Assembly: GCA_010093995.1 (NCBI GenBank)
Contig: ML992504.1
Span: 806,001 to 870,000, forward strand
Direction: 5' to 3'
DNA length: 64,000 bases
Source: Elsinoe ampelina
Taxonomy: Eukaryota
In this document: one piece after another, positions 47,281 through 60,847 of the stretch
How the letters are laid out: each line of letters starts with the position of its first letter
Numbering within the stretch: position 1 is the stretch's first letter
The notes under the pieces: model-generated
What the model was told of the DNA's origin: nothing
The model's database searches: none
What the model saw: only the letters and a program-made list of their open reading frames with translations
Program-made: the position numbers and the translations under genes

Positions 47281-47731
47281 CAGGCGACCACCCGCAATCA
47301 GATCCAGCAGGTGTACCCTGGTTACTGGCTTCCCGTCACCTATTGATAGGGCAAGCTTATACCCAAGATGGTACGATGGCCAGGGCAGAAAGAGCACGAT
47401 AGCACTTTGGCGCAGGTTTTCAAGGACGGACATTCCCACACAAGCATGATTACGAACGCAATCCAGCCATCCTTTCTTTCAAGTATCTGCATCGCACCGA
47501 GCGTTCCGGGGAGATTTGTCAAATGGACGGAGAAAAAGGCGCACGAGTATCAGATACGACTGCTCGCGGACTGGCATCAAGACTGTTGATGAATGGAGTC
47601 TGACAAAGTCAGGGGGTCTCGTTCATGTAACTACACACTCTACGCAGCTACGAAATGCACAGAAGAATGTTATCAAGACACGTATGCACGGATTGGTGCG
47701 TATGCTCCTTGCATGATCTGCATTACGGGTA

Positions 47732-48775
47732 TCATCTAAGCAGCATGCCTCCTTTTGCCACGTCTTTCCTCTGCTGTAAGAACGGCACGCTGGTCACTTC
47801 CTTTCCCATTTTGACCTTGACATCTTCGAATCGGATCTTTTCCTTCTTCACCTTCTCCAGCACCTCCTTCGCTTCGGCACCCAGCTCGCCCAGCTCGGCC
47901 TCTGCATCCAAGCACCAGGCAATGCTGATGTGGAATCTACCTTTTCCATCTTCGACATTCTTCCCTTTGTTGCCGTCACTTCCCCCTTCATACTCTCCCC
48001 CCGAGGGGCCACGCTCGGTCCGGCCTCCCCTTGCCTGATGAGAGCCTCCTCGGTCTGCGTAGAGCTCTGACAGCCCGAAGCCTCTCGCCACTGAATTGGT
48101 ACACGAGAGCAATTTGCTCAACGCCTTTGCATCTTCTTCGGCATCACCGACCCGCAAGACGAGGAAATAGCGCGTCTTCTCCTGATTGGGATGCCATGAC
48201 AATGAAGTCGGAGAAAGGGTGAGAGTTCCAGATCTTGTGCCGAGGCTAGAGAGGAGACGATCGAGTTCCGCAAGCAAGGTATGGAGAAACTCGTCCTTGG
48301 TCTCGGTGCGGAGGACAAGTGGCGCAGAGAGGGAGATGTGTAGCGGTAGAGGTACAGAGGTCGGCGAGAGGAGGAGGCTATGTACATTCTTCGAAGGAGA
48401 AGGTTCTGCAGAAGAGGAAGACGACGTCTCAGGCAGGAGTGTTAAGAGACGAGTGAGCAGAGAAAGCAGAGAAGGGGAGGGGTGGACTGTCACGCATCAG
48501 GAGAGAAGAAGAGACGCGATACCACCCGACTTACACTCCAAATAGACATGAGCCGCCCAGTTGCCTTGTACATGAGGCACGATACGTTTCCGCCCACCGT
48601 GAAGACTCGGGTCATCGCTCTGGCTCACCCTCGCGGCAGCGGAGTAGAGGTTGTGAAACTCAGCAGGCAGCGGAGGCAAAGTGGAATCGTTATCGAGAGT
48701 CAGTCGTGGCCGTTTCGATACCGGCTCATCATGATCAGACCCCGATTCTGAATCGGAGTAGGACACCAAGCCCAT
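47732..48775 (-). CDS. USB1: U6 snRNA 3' phosphodiesterase Usb1/Mpn1; one intron near 48487-48534
   Basis: MGLVSYSDSES, DDPSLHGGRKRIVPHVQGNWAAHVYLE and two 2H motifs (LHISLS, FHISIAW). Confidence 0.92.
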
Positions 48776-49257
48776 GCAGGCACGACGCACGTTGTGGTGA
48801 GATTGAACGAGGGCACGTTGTTTGCGGCGATTGCGAGGTCTGGTGGTTCCTGGCGATCCACGTCGTCGTGCACGGGAACCCTGAGCTTCGGCCACCAGCC
48901 GAGCGTCGACCCGAAAAGAGGTCCAGATTTATTTTGTGGAGGCCCGACGTCACTTCCTTCCTTGGAACCAAGCGGATGACGAGTCGCCTTGACAGGGTCA
49001 GGAAGGGTAGGAACAGGTTAGGTGCGCGTCCTTGCCGTGAGGGAAGGAGCGTGCGTGGGTGGGTGAACATACGTTAGGTTGATTGCGTTTGCTATCGGAA
49101 GGCTGTGCGTTGCTGCTGGTCTTGTTCTTGTTCATAATCAATAGTTCTAGCACTGCCATTTCTTCCTGACTTCAGATTCTCACCTCTTTTCCCTATCATA
49201 CTGACGTTTCACCACTCAACTATTCCTGGTGCTGAAACGCTGACTACGGATTAAAAC

Positions 49258-50390
49258 ATGGCTGCTGTGTCGTCTAAAGAGGTAACCTTTCCACCAATCT
49301 GTCAAACAAGTCATAATGGGCAAGCTTGCTGATTCCCAAAAGGCGACCGCCTACTTGATCGATCCTCTCACAGCTCCAGAGCCTTCTGCGGAAACAGGAC
49401 CCGGCTCGCATTTCGTACCTCCTCCTGAGCCTGCCTCGCGACCACGCAGTAGCTCGACTACGAACAACAACCCCTACCGCCATGCTTCTAAGCACTCCAC
49501 GTCTTCAGCCCACAGCCGGCACAGTTCCCGCGGCACGCCGGAGAAGTTCCCCAACTACCGCGAGACTGCTCTGGGCCAGCTGAACGACACACCGCCCTCG
49601 TACGACGCAGCCAACTCCCCAGCGTCCTCAGGCCAGGGCCACCGTCGTCGCGGCTCCTCGCTGAAGGAGCGCTTCCCTGGCGACGAGAGCCACAAGCCCC
49701 TCGACATCTTGCGTCGCGACTCGAAAAAAGCCCACCGCTCGCCGCACTTGACTAAGCGCCATCTGCCGGGAGCGGACAGCATTGATCGCCTCGACCCGAC
49801 TATCAGCTCAGTGCCTTACCACCACGAAGGACCGTACGATGCCGCTGGACTCGGGCGCAACTATGGAGGGAAGAAGGGCTTGGCTCCGATTGATGCTCTG
49901 GAGAGCAGTAACAAGGAGGCATTGAGGGCTACACCTGTTGAGAATGTGAAGAATAGCGTCGAGAGGCACGTTCCCCTAGACGGTACTGCAGTTGTGCCGC
50001 CGGGACAAGAAGATCGTTTCGGGAGACGCTACGAGTACCAAGAAGGGGGTAACCTGATGATCGAAGGTGATCCAGAGGGCGGGGCGTACAAGCGCTGGCC
50101 GGGAGTGGTAAGTCCGACGATGGAGTGCTTGTGATTATAACGGGGCTGACATTGCGCAGAACTACCATCCAGACGACATCAAAGGCAAGGGCGAGCCTAG
50201 TTATTCGCATGATCTCGCCATGAGAGCCAAAGCCGGGGGTCCCGGTGAAGAAGTCGGGTCAAAGAGCATCGAGATGGAGGACCAGAAGGGTGTGAGGGTC
50301 GATGAGACTGGCAGGGCGAGGGGAAGCAGCTTCACTCAAGGGCTGAGGAAGAGGATCGGGAGTTTGAAGAAGAAGAACAGGGACGAGTAG
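49258..50390 (+). CDS. PAL1: Pal1 cell-morphology family protein; introns 49282-49342 and 50108-50159
   Basis: LIDPLTAPEPS, DSIDRLD, YHHEGPYDAA, YKRWPGV|NYHPDDIKGKGEP. A short first exon MAAVSSKE is inferred from GTAACC...GCTGAT...AAG. Confidence 0.8.
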
Positions 50391-50584
50391 GCGTGTCTTG
50401 TTGCACTGGAGCCTAGAGCAGGTTTTGCATACAAGATGAAGTGCGTGGGAAATTGGCAAGGTATATATAATAGGACAGCACCAGTATCATAGACTGCCAA
50501 AGGCCCAATCAGCCATACGCTGCTGTAAAAAATCATCTCATAGCTGTATACATAATTTCCTAATACGACTTGCCCACCAGGCTA

Positions 50585-52983
50585 TCAATCCCCCAACGTA
50601 CCCTTCTCGATCGCTCCACCAACTAACCTATCCCCCGTGATGACCCCTGTCGTCGCCACCAGCAACCTCCTATTCTCCCCTCCCCTCCCCTCCCTGATCT
50701 TCCTCCCCACCAGCCTCAAAGCCGCCACCTCAGCATACGTCACCCCTCCCAGGAAGAACACAATACTCGTCACCGTCCGCCCCTCCTTCCCTCTCCCCGT
50801 CCCACCAGAACCATTCACCACCGGCGTCGCAGCCGGCGTTACCCCCCCTGCTCCCGCCCCGGACCCAGACCCCTTCAGCGTCTGCCGCGCTTTACTCGCC
50901 CCCTCATCCGTCCCCTTCTGGAGCACATCCACCGTCGCACCCTTGATCCTCCCCAACACATCCTCGTAGCCCCTCCACCCCTGCCCCGACACGGAGACCT
51001 GCGTCGCCGGCCCGGTGTCCTCCCCTCCCCCTGCCCCTGCCCCCGCCCCTATCCCACCAAGGAGCGGTCTCGCTCCCGTCCCCGCCCCTGCCCCTGCCCC
51101 GGCCCCGGCCGCCGTCCCGTCGGCAGCCGCCCCCCAGTTGCGCTGCAACGCGCACTGGACGAGCCGCACCGACAAGGGCGCGTAGCCGGAATACACGTAC
51201 GACGGATCGCTCTGGGCCTCTTCGTCTACGTCGTCCACGAGGAGCTTGAGGCTCTTCCTCGCGGCGGCGTAGTCGGTGGCTTTGCGCACGGGAGACGCGG
51301 CCATGGGGTTGAGGTACCCCGTGTTTCCCCCTTGGCGGGGGACGAGGAGCCCGTGTTTCTCGAGCGAGGAGAAGGTGAGGAGGTGCTGGTACCCGTAGCC
51401 TTGCAGGATGAGGCGCTTGAAGGAGTCGAGGTCGCGGGCACGGAGGCCCCCCGTGAGCGTGGACTCGAGGGAGAGGAGGCGCAGGATTGTCGGGAGGGGA
51501 ACGGATTGCGCGATGAGCGACTCGAGTTTTTCGTGGAGGGCCGAGGCCGCGCTGTCCCCTGACGCGATGAAGGTTTGTTGGATTTCGAGCGTGGTGGAGA
51601 AGGTGGGTGTGCGGGTGGATTTTAGGATTTCTTCGGCGAGGCCGGTGTGGATTTTGAGCGAGGCTTGTTCGGCTTGGTACGAGGGGAGTTTGGAGACGAA
51701 GGATTTGAGGTCGGAGATGGAGGCGTCGGTGCGGTGGCGGGATTCGTAGTTGGCGGCGAGGTTGCGGGCGCGGGTGTTGAGGTGTGGGCCGAGGAGGGCG
51801 AAGTTGAGGTCGCGGAGGGAGGGGTAGAGGGGGTCGGAGGAGTCGAGGGGGACTTTGCGCTTGAGAGGGGTGTCTGAGGAGGGTTGGGAGGAGTTGGCTG
51901 CGGGTCCGGCTCCGACTATTGCTGTTGATGCTTCGAGTGTGTTGTACTGTATCCGGAAGGTCTCATCGAGGAGACCTGCATAGGTGAGCTGTGTGAGAAG
52001 TGGTGTGGGATAGTCCACTTCTCGGTCTATTATGATTAAGGAGTCGATGGTAGCGGAAGGTACAGAGCCGAACGCTGAAAGAAAACCAGGTGACGGCGAT
52101 ATTGATGAGGTGACATCCTCTTCTGCTCGTAGTCTGACCAGCAAGTCTGCTAATCGTTTGGCATTGTCACCTTTCCCAAGTATTCGTGGTATGAGTCCGC
52201 TTCGTCTTTGGATGTTCATGATTGCCTGGGCTGATAGATATATCGAGGTCGGATCGTTCATCATGTATATGTCTGAGGTGGCGTCGTCGAGCTCTAGGGA
52301 TAGCAGATCCGGCTCCAGAGCTATGAAATACAGCGGACATGACAAGATGGCTGCTTCGCCGAGCACACCATTCTCCTCCAGTATACGATCACTGAGTAGC
52401 GTCCTGCGCGGTACCCAGATAATCGAAAAGTCATGGTCGGTCTGTGAGTCCTTCCGTATCTGCTTGATGGCATCTAAGGCTGTCAGCGACCATTCAATAG
52501 CACGATCCGCTGGCGAAGACGAGCGGACAGCTCCAGAGCAGGCTGTCAATTGAGTCGATGTCGGGATCAAGACTGAACGTGCAGGGTGGGGATTTGTCTG
52601 CGCACTCTACTTTAAGATCCCATGATGCATGCGTATGGTAAAGAGAGAAGATTGGCCTACCTGCTACCGCCTGAACTTCCTTTGGCTTCTCGCCTCTAGC
52701 CAGGAAGACGACGTTCTTTTGTGAGGTCTCAACGTTGCGATTCTCGAGGACGAATAGCTTCTCGACGCCATATTCTTGAAGAGTGCTGAACTTTGTGAAG
52801 AGTCCAATTGGACCAAGGAGACTCTTCTGTATCACAAGGCTCTTCTTGCCTCGAACCTGGTATGGTCAAATTAGGATCTTGAAGAATGGACAACGTTTCA
52901 CCTACGCTCTCCAGTAGTCGTAGCAGCTCTCGTCTTGATTTCTCCGTTATCTCTTGCGTGTCAACGTTGACATGAGGCGCCAT
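50585..52983 (-). CDS. VPS33: Sec1/Munc18-family HOPS/CORVET subunit Vps33, two introns
   Basis: LLES|VRGKKSLV, IWVPRRTL, IIIDREVDYPTPLLTQLTYAGLLDE, YVYSGYAPLSVRLVQ, FFLGGVTYAEVAALR. Confidence 0.93.
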
Positions 52984-53155
52984 TTGCAGAGCAACCTCTG
53001 TATGCTCAGAGGCATTGACAAAGGTAGGCTGAATCCAGCCAATGGGAGGAAGCAAAAGTGCCGACCTTGGCGACGTCGGTCGACGATTTTGCATGACTCG
53101 CCGACCACGAAATGACCTACCACTTTTTATGCCCGACCTCTCGCTCATATCTTGC

Positions 53156-54921
53156 ATGTTTCTCCTTCGACTCAGACACAGACAGATCGCCCCATTCAAT
53201 CGCTGTGCTATCCGTCTCCCAGCGTCAGCAATTCCACGCAAGGCCATCTCCTATTCCTCCACCCGCAGACAGTCACGCGACGAAGACATCATGGGGAAAA
53301 AGGATGGTGGGGGAAAGACCAATTACACCCTGAAGGTGCCAAAGGGAACGAAAGACTGGGATGGCTCAGATATGGTAATTCGGGAGAAAATCTTCAGCAC
53401 AATCACCAATGTCTTCAAGCGTCACGGAGCAGTGACCATTGATACGTGAGTAGTCCAGACTCGAGATGCCCCGCGGCAGACCTAACATTTCTCAGACCAG
53501 TCTTCGAGCTCAAAGAGATCTTGTCGGGTAAATATGGCGAAGACAGCAAGCTCATATATGACCTCGCCGACCAAGGGGGGGAACTCTGCTCTCTCCGCTA
53601 CGATTTGACTGTTCCCTTTGCGCGCTGGCTCGCTATGAATTCCTCGATACAGAACATCAAGCGATATCACATTGCAAAGGTGTATAGGCGAGATCAGCCT
53701 GCGATGACAAAGGGAAGAATGCGAGAATTCTACCAGTGCGATTTCGATATTGCTGGACAGTACGATGCAATGATTCCCGATGCGGAGATTCTCAGAATCA
53801 CTTGCGAGATCTTCGACGAGCTAGGATGGAATGGAAAATACACAATCAAGGTCAACCACCGCAAGATTCTCGATGGCATATTCAAGGTCTGCGGCGTGCC
53901 GGACGACAAGATCAGGACCATTTCCTCCGCGGTGGACAAGCTTGACAAGTCACCATGGACAGAAGTACGGCGGGAGATGACAGAGGACAAGGGGCTTGAT
54001 CCAGCAGTGGCAGACAAGATTGGTGAGTACGTTGTGCGGAAAGGAGGGCGGGAATTGCTCGAGTCTCTACAAGCAGATGCGACACTCTCGGCCAATGAGT
54101 CTGCGAAAGCTGGACTAGCAGACATGAAGCTTCTCTTCGACTATCTGGATATTTTCTCCGTCTTCGACCGCATTTCATTTGACATGTCTCTCGCCCGTGG
54201 CCTCGACTACTATACCGGCGTGATCTACGAGGTCATTACCGAAGCCTCTGCTCCTCCAGCCGCACAACAAATCACGTCTCCCTCGTCCGCAACATCACAA
54301 AGACCACCGAAAACACTCAAAGCATCAAAACAAGTCAATGGCGACGACGATCGCTCCAACGATCCCAGCATCGGCGTCGGGTCGATAGCAGCAGGCGGCC
54401 GCTATGACGAACTTGTAGGCATGTTCTCAGGCCGCACAGTCCCCTGCGTCGGTATTTCGTTCGGTGTCGAACGCATCTTTAGCATCACCAAAGCCCGCAT
54501 CGAGGCCGAGAACAGCGCAAAGCTTCGGACGAGCGATACAGAAGTGTATGTCATGGCCATCGGTGGAACGGGAATGCTCAAAGAGCGGATGGAGATTTCG
54601 AAACGGCTATGGGAGGCAGGCATCAAAGCCGAGTTCCTATGGAAAGTCAAGCCGAAATTCGACAAGCAGTTCCAGGCTGCTGAGCGAGGAGGCGTGCCAT
54701 GGTCCATCCTTTTAGGTGATGAGGAGATGAGAGATGGAAAGTGCAAGATCAAACAGCTAGGTCTGCCAGATGGCCACCCCGAGAAGAACGGCGTTCTGGT
54801 CGAGCTCAAAGATCTCGAAGCAGAAGTGCAGAGCAGGGTCCGCGGGCAGCGGAATAACAGCGTGCAAGGCATCACAAAAGCCCTTGAACGAGCAGACATG
54901 GCTGCCGCCCCACAATCATGA
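53156..54921 (+). CDS. HTS1: Histidyl-tRNA synthetase (probable mitochondrial start 53156, cytosolic start 53291); intron near 53446-53496
   Basis: [67 protein letters not shown]. Confidence 0.95.
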
Positions 54922-54998
54922 GGGCCAGAGTCAAGATAGATACCCAGAATAGATCCCTCCACCCCGACTATCGTCCCCTGATGTTTTTCCCATCCCCC

Positions 54999-56594
54999 TC
55001 ACCGCCCAGAAGCTACCCTCATAAACGCCCCCTTCACCCACCCCGCCCTCTCCACCGCCCCCAACCCCAAACTCCTCGCCCAAACCACCGGCCCGCTCTC
55101 CGCCGAATACAGCTTGTGCAACTTATCCACCGCCCCTATCAACGCACTATTCCTCCCCCACTGCTGCGCATTATACCTCTCCAAAGCCCACGGGCCCCCG
55201 ATATCCCACCCGACTTGCACCGCGTAATCGATCGCGTCCGCCAACGCCTTCGCGTCCGCCAGACCTTGATTCAGCCCCTGCCCGGCGAGGGGGTGGATCG
55301 TGTGCGCCGCGTCGCCCACCAGCGCGACGCGGTCAGCGACGTAGGTGTCTGCGTGGCGCATCCTGAGGGGGAAGGAGGCGACGGAGGAGTCCTGCACGGC
55401 GTCGACCGAGGGAGGCACGAGGGTGGGGTCGAAGGAGGTCGCGGGGATGCGCCATGCTACTTCGTCTGCTTGGCCGGCGTCGGGCATGGAGGTGAGCATG
55501 TACTCGATGTCCGTGGGGAGGAGGCGGAAGGCGGCGTTGACCATTGCGGTGAAGTCGGCGGGAGGGAGGCGGCGGAGTTTGGCTGCGTGGGAGGGCGTGG
55601 TGGTCCAGACTAGGCTGGCGGTGGAGGAGGGGAGGGGGAGGAGGGCGATGGGCCCCGTGGGGAGGAAGCGTTGGTAGGCTGTTGTGAGAGGGGGGGTGGA
55701 TGGGGGGAGGGTGAGGGTTGCGACGACGCCGTGTCGGTTGTAGTCCCATCCGCGGGAGGGGATGTTGGCGAAGGTGCGAACGGGGGAGTTGAAGCCATCG
55801 GCGCCGATGAGGAGGCGGGCGGCGAGTTTGGTGGGTTGGGAGGAGAGGGTGATGATGGGCCAGGATTGGAGGTCGATGGTGGGGGTGTCAGAGCCGAGAT
55901 CGATGGAGTCGACGCGAGTCTTGGAGAAGATGGAGGAGTTGGGGAGAGAGGATAGGCGGTCCAGGAGGGCGGAGGTGAGGTTGGCGTTCTCGGTCATGGT
56001 GGCTATGATGGGCTCTTCGAGCTGATTTCGGGGCTTCGGGAAGATGATATCGAGCATGTTGTTATTTCGTAGGTTCATGGGGTCGAAATGAATGCTGCTA
56101 CCAGAAACTCCATCCCACACCTGCATGGCGTTGTAGGACTGGGTGCGAGAGCTGTTGACATGATTCCATGCTCCGATGCCTTCTCGTATTAGCACTGTAT
56201 CCGTGAGAAGCAGATCCGAGCATACCCTCTAGAAATGAAACAGATCCTGGGGTGAGTGAGCTGCATCGATTCGAGTAGCCAGATGTCTGCTCGAATTGTT
56301 GCTTGCTGCCGTGCAGATCCTGCCCGTCTATTAAGGCAGTCTTCAAATTAGCTGTGCGTTCATTCGACTCTTCAACATCGTCAGTTGTGCATCTTCCATA
56401 TCTTGTGGATGCATACTCAGTGCCGTTAGCAGTGCGAGACCCGCCGGACCGCCACCGACACAGACGACATCGTAGATGTCAGGATCCCGACTTTGGTGGA
56501 TCCGGGAGGCACAGAACGTCCGAACAGGAGCACCAGCGCTTAGACGATATGCTTGATTGATGTGACAGCGTAGCTGCAGACTACGAATAAGCAT
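54999..56594 (-). CDS. COQ6: Ubiquinone biosynthesis FAD monooxygenase, two introns
   Basis: Mitochondrial presequence; YDVVCVGGGPAG, YSNRCSSLTP, LLIGADG, AYQRFLPTGPIALLP, ALVGDAAHTIHPLAGQGLNQG. Confidence 0.94.
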
Positions 56595-57944
56595 GACGTT
56601 GGTGGGATGTTCAGAACAAACGATGCGAACTCATGGGTGATTTGGGCGATGGGCAAATTTCTTGGCACATATCAATGAAGCATTCAATTTAGTCACCATT
56701 TCACTTGAGTCCTTGAAAGCATGTTTGACTACGCTATACTTTGGCATTGGATGAACGCTACTCTTCTGCTAACTCACAATGAGCTGCTAAATGTCATGCG
56801 AACTACCAGATTGTATAACTGACATGTGCGGCTCTATGACGGGGTCCACGTGCAGTCCGGTAGTATATTGAAAGGCACTACCAGGATTAAATGGTCGAAT
56901 GTCTATCCCAGACGGAAATTATCAGGATTCGTGCTAGGTAGTACAGATTGGCATCGATGGCTTTTTTTGTTCGTCTTGTAAGCTGCCCCGAACATGCTAT
57001 ACATGCGTCTTGTCGAGTCGTGCTTTCGGGGTGTCATTGCCCCGAGGTTGTCCAAAGACACTGTCAGCTCGTCATAGAGATCTAGAAATCACTACCAGAG
57101 GGGATCAAAAATTCTGGTAGGATATTGCGACGTGCGTCAATGCTGGTCCGAGCAAGTACAGCAACTCCTGATGGATTAAAAGAGGTCTGTCATTATAGGC
57201 CAGAGCGAGATCGTCATCCGGTCGGCAATAAATCTTGCAAGCCGAACATATCGGCGAATGGGCGGAGCAGAGTGAACTTGGACAGATTTCGAACATGAGA
57301 GCATCTGCTTGATGTCTTTCGAATACTGTCCGGAAAAGCGCGCCGGAATTGCCAGTCGGTGGTGAAGATGAGAAGTGAAGGCCAAAGTGAGGGGATACCT
57401 AATTCGGCAAGGCGGGTGACGGGCAGAGCCAGGAAAAGGTCTTCACATGCAAAGAAGCCGACGAAGCTCTTCGACCTCTTTCACATGCTTTGTCTTACCG
57501 AGGCAGGGGGGACAAAATCCAACGTCGTCTGTGCAAGGCGAGACACGGGGGACCGAGATCCAGACATGCCAGATCTCGCCACGCCCGGACTAATTTGATG
57601 AATGTAGCAGACGCCAATACCACCGGACGAGTAATTGCGTGTTGTGGATTGGATGGAGCGAAAAACCTTCTCCGGATCTACTCCACGTTCGTTGTGAGCT
57701 GCCCCATGGTTTTGTCGTGCCTCGGCGTTTGCCTCGCCCAAAGTCCCCCATTTTGGCTCGTGCCCCAGACTCGACTCTTTGAGGAGAGGAGACTCGCAGC
57801 ACCGTTGCTACAGACCCTGTCCCGCGGCATCTTCGTCCTTTGGTCCATCTCTACTCTCAACTCTTGCCATCTGCTCTCCTTCCTTTCGAACATCACAAGC
57901 ATCACCTTTCTTCTTCTACCCGTCCTTCCGTACATCCTACCATA

Positions 57945-60051
57945 ATGGCACCCAGAGTAATTGTTGTCGGCGCTGGCCGTGAGTCTTTCCAAGCTATACC
58001 CCCTCTCCAGCCGAGCTGTCCCTAACGCGACTTCCAGTGTCCGGTCTGAGCGCTGCTCACACAATCTACCTCGCCGGCGGCAATGTGCTGCTCCTCGACA
58101 AGAACAGTAAGAAAGAGCTCCAGATCCTATATCGACACCATGCTGACACAACCCAGACTTCATGGGAGGCAACTCCACCAAGGCTACCTCCGGTATCAAC
58201 GGTACGTCCACGTGAACATGACAACTACCGAGGCATGTGCTAACACCATCGAGGCGCACTTACCCGTACCCAAGTCGACACCGAGATTCGCGACAGCGTC
58301 AAGCAATTCTACGACGACACAATCAAGTCTGCCCGTGACAAGGCACGACCGGATCTCATCAAGGTCCTCACCTACAAATCCGCCGCTGCCGTCGAGTGGC
58401 TCCAAGATGTCTTCAACCTCGACTTGACTCTTGTTTCGCGGTTGGGTGGCCACTCACAGCCACGTACTCACCGTGGTCATGATGCCAAGTTCCCCGGCAT
58501 GGCCATCACCTACGCCTTGATGCAGAGATTCGAAGAGCTGGCAGAGAACGAGCCAGAGAGGATGCAACTCATCAAGAAGGCCCAAGTCGTTCGCGTCAAC
58601 AAGAACGGAAACACCATCAATGGCTGCACATACCTCTTCAATGGCGAGGAGCACACAGTCGAGGGTCCAGTCGTCCTCGCCACTGGTGGCTATGCTGCTG
58701 ATTTCGGCGAGACTTCGTTGCTCAAAAAGTGGAGGCCAGACACCTTCGACCTTGCCTCCACCAACGGTCAACACGCTACTGGTGATGGTCACAAGATGCT
58801 CATGAACATCGGTGCCAACGGCATTGATATGGACAAGGTCCAAGTTCACCCCACAGGTCTCATCGACCCCAAGGACCCTGGCTCAAAGTGGAAGTTCTTG
58901 GCTGCCGAGGCTCTGCGTGGTGAGGGTGGTCTCCTTCTCAACTCAAAGGGTGAGCGATTCGCTGATGAGCTCGGCCATCGTGATTACGTCTCTGGTCGCA
59001 TGTTCGAGGAGAAGAAGGAGGACCGATGGCCAATCCGCCTCATCCTCAACTCAAAGGCCTCCAATGTTCTTGACTTCCACACCCGCCACTACTCTGGTCG
59101 TGGTCTCATGAAGAAGATGTCTGGCAAGGACCTCATCAAGGAGATTGGCTGCTCAGAGTCGACACTCAAGAAGACCTTTGACGACTACAATGCCATTGCC
59201 GAGGGCAAGCAAAAGGATCCTTTCGGAAAGAAGTTCTTCCACAACCTGCCCTTCAGCATCGACGACACCTTCCACGTCGCTCTTATGGAGCCCGTCCTCC
59301 ACTTCACCATGGGTGGCATTGAGATCAACGACAAGGCCGAGTGCTTGAACTCCGAGGGCAAGCCATTCGATGGTCTGTTCGTCTGCGGTGAGCTTGCTGG
59401 TGGTGTCCATGGTGCCAACCGTCTCGGTGGCTCCTCGCTGCTTGGCTGCGTCGTCTACGGACGTGTCGCTGGTGACTCTGCCTCCAAGTGGCTCTTCCAG
59501 AAGGCTCTCACAGGTGGGGTCTCGAATGCTGCTCAACGTCTCGGTCAGATCTCCCTGCACATCGACCCATCGACGCCAGGCAAGATCTCCGTTGAGTGGG
59601 CGAACGGTGTTGGTGCCTCGGCAAGTGGCGACGCACAAGCACAGCAATCGCAGACGTCTGCGGCACCAGTCATGAATGGCGAGAACACCGAGCCAGGCAA
59701 GGTCACCAAGCCTAACCCAATCGAGACCTTCAAGGTCCCCGAGAAGGAGTTCTCGCTCGAGGAGGTTGCCAAGCACAACAAGAAGGATGATCTATGGGTC
59801 GCCGTCAAGGGCGTCGTTATGGACCTCACTAACTGGGTAAATGAGCACCCTGGAGGCCCTCAAGCTCTCTACTCGCATATGGGCAAGGATGCCAGTGAGG
59901 AGTTTGCCATGCTTCGTAAGTTTTCCAAACAGGATCTGAGCACATTGAAAAGTACTAACCTTCCACAGACGACGACGAGGTCATCCCCAAGTACGCCGCA
60001 GACATTGTCATTGGCAAGGTCAAGGGCCAGTCCGTCTCCCTCGAGTACTAG
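57945..60051 (+). CDS. Soluble FAD-dependent fumarate reductase (Osm1/Frd1-like) fused to a C-terminal cytochrome b5 domain; introns 57979-58036, 58107-58156, 58202-58253, 59916-59968
   Basis: VVGAGLSG, GGNSTKATSGING, LGGHSQPRTH, LATGGY, QVHPTG, EALRGEGG, HFTMGG, GVHGANRLGGSSL; b5 motif HPGG with second ligand in FAML|HD. Confidence 0.93.
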
Positions 60052-60847
60052 ACGCATCTCATCGAGCAGAGGGAGGTGTGCTGTAGATACCCACGTTGAA
60101 ACCAAGAAGGAGATTGGGCATGTCCAAGTGACGATCTAACGGCGCTTGGGGTGCAGTGTATGTTCATAGCATGTTGTGTATTTTGCAATCAAAAGACGTT
60201 CTAGCTTTCTCTCCGTATCATCATCTCCCAGCTAATGCCGTTGAATGTTCGTAAGCAATCCTGTCCATTCCAGTACTCAACCATCCAGCAAGTATATCTC
60301 TCAAATAGCAATATCGGTCTCTTTCCCTTACCACCCTTGTCGTCATCTCTCGATCCTATCTTCTATCTCCATCACGTTCCAACGTACTTCACCGCCCTGG
60401 CAAACATCTCCGCTACCAGCCTCCTCACGTCCATGACCTCCTCACAAACATGTCCAGCTCGCCCGTCGCCGCAGATACAAGCCCATCCGGTCAGAGATTG
60501 GCTATGAACAAGTCAGCCACTGCACAACCCAGATCACAAACACACAACGCAGAAACCACATGTGGAAAGCAATAAACCATTTCTCGGCTATCTGGCGACG
60601 GATTGTAAAGCTATAATCCCCTCAAGGTCAAAGGGGAAGCTAACATCCATGCCCCAGCCCGCCATACTGTTGTGAAAAGCAAAAGAAGGCTCAAGGCCGT
60701 GGGGAAAACCCGATAGCAAGCTCCCGTCTCTCAAGCCCTGGCATATAGCAAGCGGTCTGATCATCTCCACGTGCCCACGTTCGCCCGCGCCCGATACCCC
60801 CAATACCGTCGCGTCCACCAAAGAAGAAAGGGTGACAGGGGGGGTCC

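Noticed and set aside
22930..48775. Functional clustering of splicing genes (PRP16, USB1) with the split tRNA
   Set aside because: They are universal housekeeping genes interspersed with unrelated genes; proximity is most likely chance.
56640..56970. Possible Pol III ncRNA ending at the T7 run (56962-56968)
   Set aside because: No A/B boxes and no U6, 5S, SRP, RNase P or MRP signature recognised; only a short hairpin.
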